Shown: positions 39,831-49,641 of the stretch, in pieces
How positions within the stretch are numbered: the first letter of the stretch is position 1
How the letters are laid out: each line of letters starts with the position of its first letter
Assembly: GCA_964291395.2 (NCBI GenBank)
Contig: OZ219858.1
Coordinates: 1,184,001 to 1,248,000, forward strand
Direction: 5' to 3'
Origin: Alphaproteobacteria bacterium
GTDB taxonomy: Bacteria > Pseudomonadota > Alphaproteobacteria > UBA2966
Length of the DNA: 64,000 nt
The notes under the pieces: model-generated
What the model was told of the DNA's origin: nothing
The model's input: only the letters and a program-made list of their open reading frames with translations
Databases searched by the model: none
Made by a program: the position numbers and the translations under genes

Positions 39831-40958
39831 ATGAAACGGGACATCGCACCGACGCTCAGGGACGGCGTTGTGCACGAGGACGGACGGCGCGGCCGAGGGG
39901 CCGTCACGAACCCCACGGGACGGTTCGAGGCCGGACGCCGGGTTCTCCGCGACGCGCATTGGGAGTTCGACGACGGCTGGGACGGCGGGGACGAGCCGCC
40001 GCCGCCCTTGCGGACGACGGTCACCGAAGAGACCTGCCGCACCATCATCACCCGCAACGAGTCGCCCGACATTCCGTTCAGTACGTCCATCAACCCGTAT
40101 CGGGGCTGCGAGCACGGCTGCATCTACTGCTATGCCCGGCCGACCCACAGCTACTACGGGCTGTCGCCGGGGCTCGACTTCGAAAGCCGCTTGTTCGTCA
40201 AGCCGGACGCCGTCAGGGTTCTGCGGCGGGAACTGTCGCGTCCCGGCTATCGATGCGATGTCATCGCGCTCGGCACGAACACCGACTGTTATCAGCCCCT
40301 GGAGCGGGAACGGCGCGTCACCCGCGGCATTCTCGAACTGCTGTCGGCGTGCGACCACCCCGTGGGGATCGTCACCAAATCCCATCTGGTCACCCGCGAC
40401 ATCGATCTCCTGGCGCCAATGGCCGAGAAGGGCCTGGCGCAGGTGTTCGTCTCGATCACCACGCTCGACCGCAAGCTCGCTCGCCGCATGGAGCCGCGGG
40501 CCGCGACCCCGCCCCGGCGTCTCGCCGCCATCCGACGGATCTCGGCGGCCGGCATTCCCGTCGGCGTCCTCGCCTCCCCGATCATTCCTGGCCTGACCGA
40601 TCCGGAACTCGAGAGCATTCTCGGCGCGGCGCGAGACGCCGGCGCCATGAGCGCCAGCTATGTGCTCGTGCGCCTGCCGCACGAAGTGAAGAACCTGTTC
40701 CGTGAGTGGCTGAGCGAAATCGTCCCCGAGCGCGCCTCGCGCGTCATGTCGCTGATCCACGACATGCGCGACGGCCGCGACAACGATCCGCGTTTCGGAT
40801 CGCGCATGAAAGGCAGCGGGCCTTACGCGGAGATGATCGGGAAACGCTTCAAACTGGCGGTCGGTCGGCTCGGTCTCAACGAGCGCCGGATCAGCCTGGA
40901 TACCACACTGTTCCGGCCTCCGGATCGGGACGACGCTCAACTGTCGCTGCGACTATGA
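39831..40958 (+). CDS. PA0069/Rv2578c family radical SAM protein (SplB-like)
   Basis: Motifs NPYRGCEHGCIYCYARP, GTNTDCYQP, MEPRA. Confidence 0.93.
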   Translation: MKRDIAPTLRDGVVHEDGRRGRGAVTNPTGRFEAGRRVLRDAHWEFDDGWDGGDEPPPPLRTTVTEETCRTIITRNESPDIPFSTSINPYRGCEHGCIYCYARPTHSYYGLSPGLDFESRLFVKPDAVRVLRRELSRPGYRCDVIALGTNTDCYQPLERERRVTRGILELLSACDHPVGIVTKSHLVTRDIDLLAPMAEKGLAQVFVSITTLDRKLARRMEPRAATPPRRLAAIRRISAAGIPVGVLASPIIPGLTDPELESILGAARDAGAMSASYVLVRLPHEVKNLFREWLSEIVPERASRVMSLIHDMRDGRDNDPRFGSRMKGSGPYAEMIGKRFKLAVGRLGLNERRISLDTTLFRPPDRDDAQLSLRL

Positions 40959-41038
40959 CGGCAGGGGCGATCGGATGACACCGGTCGCCCCCGCGCATCC
41001 CTCGTCCTCCGTGCGGACGGAGCGGGAGCGTTCTGCCG

Positions 41039-41425
41039 TTACGCGGGTTCGAGGATCCTCTCGAGCTCCGGCGTCCCTCCGTCGAGCGGCGGCAGCTGGC
41101 CGCCTCCCGAGATGCACATGTGCTGCTCGAACTCGTGCACCATGCAGATCATCTCGTCGGGCGAGGTGCCGATCTCCTTTTCCATGACCTTGTGGGCATG
41201 GTCGAAGAGCGCCTTGGTCCGTTCGGCCTCCTGGCCACGGCCCGGCCGCACGCCGCAGGACAGGAGCACGGTCTTGTCGCCGGGCTCGGCGTACATGTCG
41301 CGGATGGCGATCCAGATGTGCTCCTTGAACCAGCTCTTCGCGATGGCGTCATGGAGACCCTTGTGGATCCGGGACTTGGTCTCCCGACCCAAGCCTTCGG
41401 GAACGTCGACTCTGACGAACGGCAT
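41039..41425 (-). CDS. tautomerase-superfamily protein
   Basis: N-terminal Pro (MPFVRVDV), two beta-alpha-beta units; AAGGAG RBS. Confidence 0.7.
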   Translation of the reverse strand: MPFVRVDVPEGLGRETKSRIHKGLHDAIAKSWFKEHIWIAIRDMYAEPGDKTVLLSCGVRPGRGQEAERTKALFDHAHKVMEKEIGTSPDEMICMVHEFEQHMCISGGGQLPPLDGGTPELERILEPA

Positions 41426-41569
41426 GCTCTACTCCTTGTGATTGCGTTTCCGCGAAGATAGCACGGAGTCGGGCCGCGGCAACACTCGGCCTCCTCGTGG
41501 CACGGGGCGCGATCAATTTGGAAAAACACCTCTATGATATTCTCCATTGTCGAAAACAAGAGGCTCGAC

Positions 41570-42203
41570 ATACCCGATCTGTCATTGGAGTCTGTGCTCG
41601 CGCCGCCCGTCGCCGGTATCGACGAGGCCGGGCGGGGCCCATGGGCCGGGCCGGTCGTCGCAGCCGCCGTCATCCTTCCCGCCGACGGTGTCCCGGACGG
41701 GATCGACGATTCCAAACGCCTGCCGCGGGAGCGGCGGGTCGAACTGTACGAGCAAATCCGAGCGACGGCGACCGTCGGCATCGGCGAGGCCAGCGTCGAA
41801 GAGATCGACGTCCTGAACATACTCGAGGCCACCATGCTGGCCATGCGCCGGGCCGTCGAGGCGCTCGAGACCCGGCCCTCTCACGTCCTAGTGGACGGCA
41901 ACCGCCTGCCGGACCTCGCCTGTCCCGCCCAGGCTATCGTCAAGGGCGATTCGCGCTCGCTCTCCATCGCGGCGGCGTCGATCGTCGCATGCCGGCTATC
42001 CGCTGCCGTGGCGGCCAAGCTGACGCAAGGAGACCCGCGACCGGACCATGCGGCGGCTGGCGCGGACCTACCCCGGCTACGGCTGGGAGCACAATGCCGG
42101 CTATGGTACGCGGGAACATGCCCGGGCGCTCGAAACTCTCGGGCCGACCCCCCATCACCGGTGCTCGTTCCGGCCCGTGCGGGCGGCGCGGCGGTCTTTC
42201 TAG
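41570..42203 (+). pseudogene. rnhB: ribonuclease HII, disrupted (ATA at expected start; 37-bp frameshifting insertion)
   Basis: [17 protein letters not shown] and [12 protein letters not shown] in one frame; KETRD...GYGT...HHRCSF in the next frame after 41989-42025. Confidence 0.85.
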
Positions 42204-42263
42204 GCCGGCCGCGCCGGAGGCGTCGCCGAAGCGCGTGACGCGAGGGAGGGTGACCCCGCCTAG

Positions 42264-43037
42264 TCAGATGACGACCATGCCGCCGTCGACGGAGAGGATG
42301 ACGCCGTTGACCAGACGCGACTCGTCGGAGGCCAGGTACAGCGCCGCGTTGGCGATGTCGATCGGCTGGCCGCTCCCCAGCGGGTGCTGGTGGAGAACGG
42401 TGGTGGTCATCTCGTTGGTCCAGCCCGCCTTCACGGCGACGTTGCGGTCGGTCTCGACGAAGCAGGGCGCGACGGCGTTGCAGCGAATGTTGTCCTTGGC
42501 GTACTCGGCCGCGATGCAGCGGGTGAGCGCCGAAACTCCGCCCTTGGCGGCGGAATAGGAGTGCCGCGGCGGGAAGCCGCGCATCTCGCCGAGGAAGTTC
42601 ATCACCGAGCTCATGTTGATGATCGATCCGCCGCCGGCCTTCTTCAATTCCGGGATACCGAAGCGGCTGCCGAGGAACGTGCCGTAGAGGTCGAGTTGGA
42701 TGCTGCGGTCCCAGGCCTCGATCGGCATTTCGGTCACGGAGTCGTCCGGGGGCGCGGAGCCGCCGGCGCAGTTGTAGAGGACGTTGAGCTGGCCGAAGGC
42801 CTCGACCGTCTCCTTGACGGCACGCTCGACGTCGTCGGGCCGGGTGACGTCGGCCTGGATGGCCACCGCCTTGCCGCCGTCCGCCTTGATCATGCCGGCG
42901 GTCTCGTTGCCCGTCTCCGGATTGATCTCGACGACGCCGACACTGGCGCCTTCTTTCGCAAAGAGGCGGCTCGCCTCGCGCGCGATGCCTGCGCCCGCGC
43001 CCGTGACCAGCGCGACCTTCCCGTCCAGTCTCGCCAT
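42264..43037 (-). CDS. SDR family oxidoreductase
   Basis: Motifs TGAGAGIA, INMSS, YSAAK. Confidence 0.93.
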   Translation of the reverse strand: MARLDGKVALVTGAGAGIAREASRLFAKEGASVGVVEINPETGNETAGMIKADGGKAVAIQADVTRPDDVERAVKETVEAFGQLNVLYNCAGGSAPPDDSVTEMPIEAWDRSIQLDLYGTFLGSRFGIPELKKAGGGSIINMSSVMNFLGEMRGFPPRHSYSAAKGGVSALTRCIAAEYAKDNIRCNAVAPCFVETDRNVAVKAGWTNEMTTTVLHQHPLGSGQPIDIANAALYLASDESRLVNGVILSVDGGMVVI

Positions 43038-43324
43038 GGTCTCCAATCCTCCCCGTATGATCCGTTCTCCGTCGATCATGCCGAATCGACCCGCGGGAGG
43101 TCCAGTAACGACCGACCGTCCCGACGGCCTGTCCGTCCAACGCGGAGTCGGCGAGGATATCCCCGGCCGGAAACAGGTTCCTGATGCTTTGCGGACATCT
43201 GCAATTCGGGGGCGGCGAGGGAGGGGGGCGTTGCCGCGCGTTTACCGGAGGCGGGGGATTCGCTAGGCTTCGCGCCGAAACCGCGACCGCGTTTCAGGCA
43301 ACGTGATATCGGGAGGCGAACGAG

Positions 43325-44710
43325 ATGGCCGTTCAAGAGCTCGACCCCGGCCAACGCGAGCTACGGAAGAAGCCGTTCAGCGGGTACCACTCGCGGGAGA
43401 TCACGGAGCCCGACGCCTTGCTGACGGAGACCGGGCCCCGGACGCCGATGGGCGAGTACTTCCGGCGCTTCTGGCTGCCCATCTGCCTGTCGGATCATCT
43501 CACCGACCTGCCCAAGGCGGTGAAGACGCTCGGTGAGGACCTCGTCGCCTTCCGGGACAAGTCGGGGCGGGCCGGCGTCATGCACCGGCACTGCAGCCAT
43601 CGGGGCACCTCCCTGGAGTACGGCATCGTCTCCGAGCGGGGCATCCGCTGCTGCTATCACGGCTGGCTGTTCGACGTCGACGGCACCATCCTGGAAACAC
43701 CGGGCGAACCGCCCGATTCGAGATTGAAGGACAGTTTCTTCCACGGTGCCTATCCGGCGACCGAGATCCACGGCATGGTCTGGGCCTACATGGGCCCTCC
43801 CGACCTGATCCCGGACAAGCCACACCTCGATTTCTTCGAGATGCCGGGCGTCAGGCTCATCCCCTTCGCCCTGCCGTACGAGAGCAACTGGCTGAACTCG
43901 CAGGAAAACTCCATGGACCCGTTCCACGCCGTGTTCCTGCACGGCACCGACGGCCAGCACTTTCAGAACCCGTCGATCGGCCTTCATCCCAACATCAAGT
44001 GGCGGATCACGGGCGCCGGCAACGGCATGGTCTACATGTCCGTACGCCGTCTCGACGACGACTGGATCTGGGCGCGCATGAACTACTGCTACATGCCCTT
44101 CGAGAGCTACGTGCCGACGACCATCGAACTGCCGAAGCCGACCTACTACAATGCGGCGATCTACTTGCGTCAGCACATCCCGGTCGACGACCTCCGGTCG
44201 ATCCTGTTCGGCTGGCGGGCCTACGGCACGGATCGCACCATCGGCCCCGATCACACCCGGAACGGCTGGAACCTGACGGACGTGGACGGCCAGACTCGGC
44301 GCCCCTCCTACGAAGCGGCGCAACGCAAGGCGGGCGACTTCGAGGCCCAGGGCAGCATCTGGTACGGCGTGCCGCGTCCCGCCATTGAGCACAAGGGAAC
44401 CACCGACACCGGTGTCGTCATGATGCGCCGGCAGCTCCGCGAGATACTCGAGGGCGACGTGCCCGCGGCCTGGCCGGAGCCGGCCAAGGGCCACGGGGAG
44501 ACGCCGAAGGCCAGGAAGATCCTGGCCCAGGACTCGGTGCTCAACGTCAGGCGGCGCGCCGGTCCGGACGAGGATTGGGACCTGCTGACCAGGGTGGGCG
44601 AGGAGATCACCGACGCCGTCGTCGAGGGCAGCGACCGATATGACGGCGAGGAGCGGGTCGGCTGGATCGTCGAGCGGGTCAAGGAAATCGAAGCCCGGCA
44701 CCGGGGCTGA
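43325..44710 (+). CDS. Rieske non-heme iron oxygenase alpha subunit (phthalate 4,5-dioxygenase/LigX-like group)
   Basis: Rieske motif CSH...CCYH; mononuclear Fe motif ENSMDPFHAVFLH. Confidence 0.9.
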   Translation: MAVQELDPGQRELRKKPFSGYHSREITEPDALLTETGPRTPMGEYFRRFWLPICLSDHLTDLPKAVKTLGEDLVAFRDKSGRAGVMHRHCSHRGTSLEYGIVSERGIRCCYHGWLFDVDGTILETPGEPPDSRLKDSFFHGAYPATEIHGMVWAYMGPPDLIPDKPHLDFFEMPGVRLIPFALPYESNWLNSQENSMDPFHAVFLHGTDGQHFQNPSIGLHPNIKWRITGAGNGMVYMSVRRLDDDWIWARMNYCYMPFESYVPTTIELPKPTYYNAAIYLRQHIPVDDLRSILFGWRAYGTDRTIGPDHTRNGWNLTDVDGQTRRPSYEAAQRKAGDFEAQGSIWYGVPRPAIEHKGTTDTGVVMMRRQLREILEGDVPAAWPEPAKGHGETPKARKILAQDSVLNVRRRAGPDEDWDLLTRVGEEITDAVVEGSDRYDGEERVGWIVERVKEIEARHRG

Positions 44711-44734
44711 ACCGACGCTTGAGGAGGCGAGTCG

Positions 44735-44824
44735 GTGGACCCGGACGACATCGAGCGCGCGGCGCGCAACCTCCTGGACCACCGCGACTGCGGCCGGAGC
44801 GGGCGCACGTCTGTTCATGTTTAG
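44735..44824 (+). pseudogene. truncated gene start after the Rieske oxygenase (possibly a 2-keto-4-pentenoate hydratase-like N-terminus)
   Basis: Strong GAGGAGG RBS and GTG; MDPDDIERAARNLLDHR then an abrupt stop at the low-GC junction. Confidence 0.35.
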
Positions 44825-44970
44825 CAGTCGTTGCCGGCGAACACTTCCTGGTAGCTCATGCTTTGTGCTTCCGACACCGGATGGACTAATTTTACCGGCG
44901 GTCTCTAGAGGGGATACGTGGCGGGATAGCTACAGCCATATGGCATTTTCCATGCTACAAATCCTAATGA

Positions 44971-44983
44971 AATCAGTCTGTTA
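44971..44983 (+). promoter_or_regulatory. IHF consensus site
   Basis: AATCAG-TCTG-TTA matches WATCAR-N4-TTR within an AT-rich patch. Confidence 0.45.
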
Positions 44984-45029
44984 CCTAGATTCCAATACCT
45001 CCGACATCGGAACAGAAAGCCCCAAAGGA

Positions 45030-45260
45030 GTCGGAGGCTTCGCATTCGAACTCCACGAGGACGGACAGATCGTCGTCAGCCGTGCCGACGCCGAGCATGA
45101 AGATCCGGCGATCGGTGCGTTCCTGGATCTGCTCGCCGGTGATATCCGGGCCGGTCGGCATGTTCGGGCAATTCCGGACGATCTGGCACAGGACATGCTC
45201 GAACATGCGCAGTGTGAAGCGGGACCGGACGAGGACATCGACGGCGACGTCGCCCTCTGA
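45030..45260 (+). pseudogene. prlF: PrlF/SohA antitoxin lacking most of its N-terminal AbrB domain
   Basis: AFELHEDGQIVVSRADAEHEDPAIGAFLDLLAGDI...DIDGDVAL; TGATG coupling to yhaV; upstream in-frame sequence is unrelated. Confidence 0.75.
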
Positions 45261-45844
45261 TGCGGCGCCACGGATGGACGCTGGTGTTCCACGATTGCCT
45301 CATCGACCAGCTGCGCAAGCTCCGCCACGCAGTCCAACGCGCGCAACGAAGTGGTCCGGCGGGGTTCGCATCCAATGTGAACGTCAAGCTGTTCCGCGCG
45401 CTGAGCCGGTTGATGCTGGAAGTCATCCCGCAGGATCCATCCCGGGGCGAGCACCGCCAGAGTGGCACGCTCGGCCCACGTTGCCGCCATTGGCGGCGCA
45501 CCAGGATCGGCAGACGGTTTCGATTGTTCTTCCGCTACGACGCGAGGGCGAAGGTGATCGTCTACGCGTGGGTCAATGACCAATCCACGCTGCGCTCCTC
45601 GGGGAGCAGAACCGATCCGTACTCGGTCTTCGCCAGGAAGCTCACGCGGGGAAATCCGCCCGACGACTGGGCCTCATTGATGAGGCTTCAAGGCAAGATT
45701 GGCAGGCGGGGAAGTAACCGCCATCAGACTGTGTCGGCCCGCGAAGGGGCGGAAATCCTCCAGAGAATACTCTCGGAATTCGCCACCGGGCGGCCGCGAC
45801 GATTTCCACCGGGCAAGCGGAGAATGCATGCGGCCTCGATTTGA
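45260..45844 (+). CDS. yhaV: YhaV-family toxin (RNase); C-terminal tail probably frameshifted (expected stop ~45717)
   Basis: Motifs HGWTL, IPQDP, RFRLFFRYD, VIVYAWVND, GNPPDDW. Confidence 0.88.
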   Translation: MRRHGWTLVFHDCLIDQLRKLRHAVQRAQRSGPAGFASNVNVKLFRALSRLMLEVIPQDPSRGEHRQSGTLGPRCRHWRRTRIGRRFRLFFRYDARAKVIVYAWVNDQSTLRSSGSRTDPYSVFARKLTRGNPPDDWASLMRLQGKIGRRGSNRHQTVSAREGAEILQRILSEFATGRPRRFPPGKRRMHAASI

Positions 45845-46231
45845 GCAGTTCCCGTTGTCGAACGATCCCGTCGCCGCGCCGAACGAATTCCGCCTCGAGC
45901 AGATGAGCGCCGGCATCGGAAAGTTCGAGTTCAGCAAAGACGTTGCCGCTGCCGCGTTCTATGCGGGCTGAATCCGCTTCCGTACCTGCAACTCAGTCAG
46001 TTGCCGTTGGCACCTGAGACGCGATGGCGATACGATTCCTTGCTTCACATCAATGGGTTGGGACGGTTCACACCGGAATCTCAATCAAGTGTCGGTCTCG
46101 GTGGTTGCGGGCCCCGGCTCAAAACGTTCTGTGCAGCAACATTCGGCGGGTCAGGCGGCGTCCCGGATACAGCAATGGCGGGTTTCGCGCTCGCTCTGGT
46201 TGCAACCTCGCTCCCGACCCACTTGGCTATG

Positions 46232-47719
46232 TCAACCCGAATGCGCCTGCGGAACCGCCTTGGCGATTTTTTCGATCCCTTCCGAAATAAGGGATTCGCC
46301 GATCACCGAATATCCCAGGCGGATGTGGTTGCGGTTGTTTTTTTCGTCCGAGAAGGTGAAACCGCCGGTCTCGAAGAACACGCCGTCGGCCTCGACCAGA
46401 TCGCGCAGGATGTCCGCATCCGACTCCTCCGGCAGGCGAAGCCAGATGATCGCACCGCCGTATTCCGGTTTGGCCGAAGCCCCCGGAAAATGGAACTCGA
46501 GCGCATCGTGCATCACTTCGCAGCGCTGCTTGTAGATCTTGGTGAGCTTGGCGACGAAGCGATCGAAATACCCCCGCTGGAGGAACAGCGCCACGCTCCG
46601 CTGGTTGTTCACCGGTGGGTGGCGAATGAGATGGTGGCGGAGCGCCCGCGCTTCCCGGATGAACTCCCGATCCGCAACCAGGTAGCCAATGCGCAGCCCG
46701 GGCATCAGGGACTTGGAGAGGGTGCCGATATAGATGACGTTGCCCCAGCCATCGAGGCCCTTCAGCGCCTGCGGCGGGGTCAGGTCGAAGCTGATGTCGG
46801 ATTCGTAGTCGTCCTCAATCACGAACTGGCCGTTCCGCTTGGTGATTTCCAGCAGTTCGAGCTTTCGATCGAGCGGCATTGTGATGGTCGTCGGAAACTG
46901 GTGGGTCGGGGTGACGAACAGACACTTGCAGTCGTTCAGCGCGTCGGACAGCACCAGCCCGTCCCGGTCGACCGGGAGCCGTCGCACACGCACGCGTTCC
47001 ATGCTCGCCATGTTGATGGCATCCGGATAGCCCGGGTCCTCGACACCGATGATTTCCCCTGGCGAGAGCAGCAGCCGGATGGCCAAATAGAGGGCCTGTT
47101 GGCCTCCCACCGTGACCAGGACCTCGTCGGGGTGCGCGACGATGCCGCGTTTCGAGAGTACGCGCTGGATGAGCTGTTCGATCAGCATCTGATCGTCCGT
47201 TTCCGAATAGTCCGCGGCCCAGTTTCTTACCTCGACAACGTTGACGGAATCGCGAACGCACTCGCGCCAGCTTTGGATCGGAAACAGCGACGGGTCTATC
47301 AACCCGCATACGAAGGGATAGCGGTACCGGACCAGGCAATCCGCGGGCTTCGCCACGTGCTGGAGGTCGAAGCTGCGGTCCCTGAAGAACGCGCGGTAGT
47401 CGATCCTGTCGCGCGGAACCGCCAGCTCAGCTGGTGCGTCCGGCTTCAGCGCGTGACCCGGATCGGTGAGAACGTCCGGGTTTATGAAGAAGCCCGAGCG
47501 GTTCCTAGACTCCACGAAGCCGTCCTGCTTGAGCCCGTCATAGGCCAGCGCGACCGTGGTCACGCTCACCTTCAGCTCCGTCGATAGCTGGCGAATCGAC
47601 GGTAGCGGTCGATGCAGCGGGTATTGGCGATTGACGATGCCGATCGCGATCTGGCGCCGGATCTGCTTCTGAATGCTCTCCGGCGACTCACGGTCGATCA
47701 CGATCATGTTCTCGTACAT
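46232..47719 (-). CDS. MocR/GabR-family PLP-dependent regulator (TauR-like)
   Basis: GntR wHTH LPSIRQLS...VSVTTVALAY; motifs YRYPFVCG, IEDDY, SKSLMPGLRIGY. Confidence 0.92.
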   Translation of the reverse strand: MYENMIVIDRESPESIQKQIRRQIAIGIVNRQYPLHRPLPSIRQLSTELKVSVTTVALAYDGLKQDGFVESRNRSGFFINPDVLTDPGHALKPDAPAELAVPRDRIDYRAFFRDRSFDLQHVAKPADCLVRYRYPFVCGLIDPSLFPIQSWRECVRDSVNVVEVRNWAADYSETDDQMLIEQLIQRVLSKRGIVAHPDEVLVTVGGQQALYLAIRLLLSPGEIIGVEDPGYPDAINMASMERVRVRRLPVDRDGLVLSDALNDCKCLFVTPTHQFPTTITMPLDRKLELLEITKRNGQFVIEDDYESDISFDLTPPQALKGLDGWGNVIYIGTLSKSLMPGLRIGYLVADREFIREARALRHHLIRHPPVNNQRSVALFLQRGYFDRFVAKLTKIYKQRCEVMHDALEFHFPGASAKPEYGGAIIWLRLPEESDADILRDLVEADGVFFETGGFTFSDEKNNRNHIRLGYSVIGESLISEGIEKIAKAVPQAHSG

Positions 47720-47757
47720 CGGGCAATTTCCCTCGACTGCGGCGATCCAGAGCGCCT

Positions 47758-47789
47758 CTGTATGTAATTCATTTTCTGACTGTATATAG
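47758..47789. promoter_or_regulatory. direct repeat, putative MocR-regulator operator
   Basis: CTGTATGTAA (47758) and CTGTATATAG (47780), 22-bp period, between the divergent genes. Confidence 0.5.
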
Positions 47790-47893
47790 GAGCCCGTTCG
47801 GACCCGCCATAGGCTCGCTCGCACCCACATCGTGCGAGGAGGCGGACCGTGCGGTCACCGCTTCCTCGGATCGGGAATTTCCGGGGAGCAGGT

Positions 47894-48523
47894 ATGCGGA
47901 GCGACGAACAATATCTCGGGATCGAGCGCTCTTTGCAGCGTGCCTGGGCCAAGGGCGCCGGGCTGATCGACGAGGAGTTCGAGCGGCCGATGATCGCGGT
48001 CGTGAACACCTGCCAGGAATTCTCGCCCGAGAACATCCATCTCCGGCAGGTGGGGGATGCGGTCAAGGCGGGCATCCGCATGGCCGGCGGCACGCCCTGC
48101 GAGTTCAACACCTTCCACGTCACCGACTCAGAGACCTTCGCCTCGGTCGGCATGCGCTACGTACTTCCGAGCCGCGACCTCGTGGCCGACATGATCGAGC
48201 TGATGGTCGAGGGCCACCGCTTCGACGCGATGGTGCTGATCGGCTCGGGAGACAAGGTTGTGCCCGGGATGGTGATGGCGGCCGCCCGCCTCGACCTCCC
48301 CTCCATCCTGCTCTATGGCGGGCCGATTGCGCTCGTGGAGGATGAGGATCCGATTCGGATCGACCTGTCGGAACGCAGACTGGACCTGGACGTGGCGCCA
48401 GCGGTGCTGGAGGAGCGCCGGAGCCGGTACGCGCCCATGCCGCCCCGGGTCGCGCGTAGCTATCTCAAGCACTACGCGGACACCGTGGCGCCCGCATCGG
48501 AAGGGGCGGTGATGCCCCGCTAG
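47894..48523 (+). pseudogene. IlvD/Edd-family dehydratase with a large in-frame internal deletion
   Basis: N-terminal motifs (MRYVLPSRDLVAD, DKVVPG, AARLDLP..YGGP) joined directly to the C-terminal GGPIALV...ASEGAV. Confidence 0.88.
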
Positions 48524-48526
48524 GCG

Positions 48527-49641
48527 ATGGACAGCCCAATACACATCGCCGTTGGCGACCGCGCTGAGAGCCCGGCCCCGCCATGCCCGGCCCGGGCGGC
48601 ACACAGCAAGGCCACGGGTAGCGTCGTCACAAACGCCGCGTCGACCGGTATCGGGATCGACCGCAAGCGGTTGAAGGCGCTGGCGCGCCGCAGCAATACG
48701 CCCGGGTTGATCTATCTGACTATCTGGGGTGCCGCGCTGGCGATCACCGGTATCGGGGTCTGGTGCACGCTGGGCACGGTCTGGGTCTGGCCGGCGATGT
48801 TCGTCTTTGGCGTGGCGATGTCGGTCCCGTCCTACGCGCTGAGCCACGAGACCGCACATGGGACGGCGTTCCGGACACGCTGGCTCAACGAGACCGTGTT
48901 CTGGTTCACCTCGCTGCTTTACGGCGAGGAGCCGCTGCACCGGCGCTACACCCACACAAACCACCACACCCACACCTGGTATGTCGGCCTCGACAGCCAG
49001 ATGCCGTTCGACACGCCGCTCGACTTCAGGGCTGGCTCTACGACATCAGCGGCCTCTCGGTGCACCGGTTCCAGGGCCGCGTGCTTTGGCAGCTCGCGAC
49101 CAGGCGCTACACGCGGCTGATGCGCGAGGTGTCGCCGGCCGCCGAGCTGTCCAAGATGACGCGCAACGCACGCCTGTTCGCGCTGGTCTATCTCGGCCTC
49201 GCCGGGGCGATCGCCGCCGGCGTCCCGTGGCCGCTCTGGTTCTACGTGCTGCCGCGGCTGCTCGGCGGCCCGATCATGCTGATGTTCAACATCGTCCAGC
49301 ACGCTGAGATGCAGGAGGACTCGCCCTCGATCGTCGAGAGCACGCGGAGCTTCCGTACGGATCGGGTGGGGCGGTTCCTCTACCTCAACATGAACAACCA
49401 CATCGAGCACCACCTCTACCCGCAGGTGCCGTTCTATTCGCTGCCGGCGCTGCACGGAGAGGTGGCAGACCAGACCCCGGAACCCGATCCCGGCTTCTGG
49501 CGCACCAATCTCGATCTCCTCTGGGTGGTGATCCGGCGGTCGCTCGGGCGCCGCACCAAGGCGGCCTGGATCCGCCAGGCGCCGCACATGATCACCGAGG
49601 GCGGCGGCTATTCGACGATCGCAAAGGCGACGATGCAGTGA
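48527..49641 (+). CDS. fatty acid desaturase-family membrane diiron oxygenase (MocD-like); 1-bp frameshift at GGG 49029-49031
   Basis: His boxes HETAH, HTNHH, QH, HIEHH; adding one G joins both ORFs (FRGWLY). Confidence 0.85.

Noticed and set aside
37689-40958. Arsenosugar or selenosugar biosynthesis cluster (TIGR04282/04283 next to a radical SAM gene)
   Set aside because: The rSAM is PA0069/SplB-type with a LexA box, not ArsS; no arsM or selD is present; this looks like ordinary core synteny
49021-49035. Programmed frameshift in the desaturase gene
   Set aside because: No slippery heptamer; a single missing G in a homopolymer explains the break
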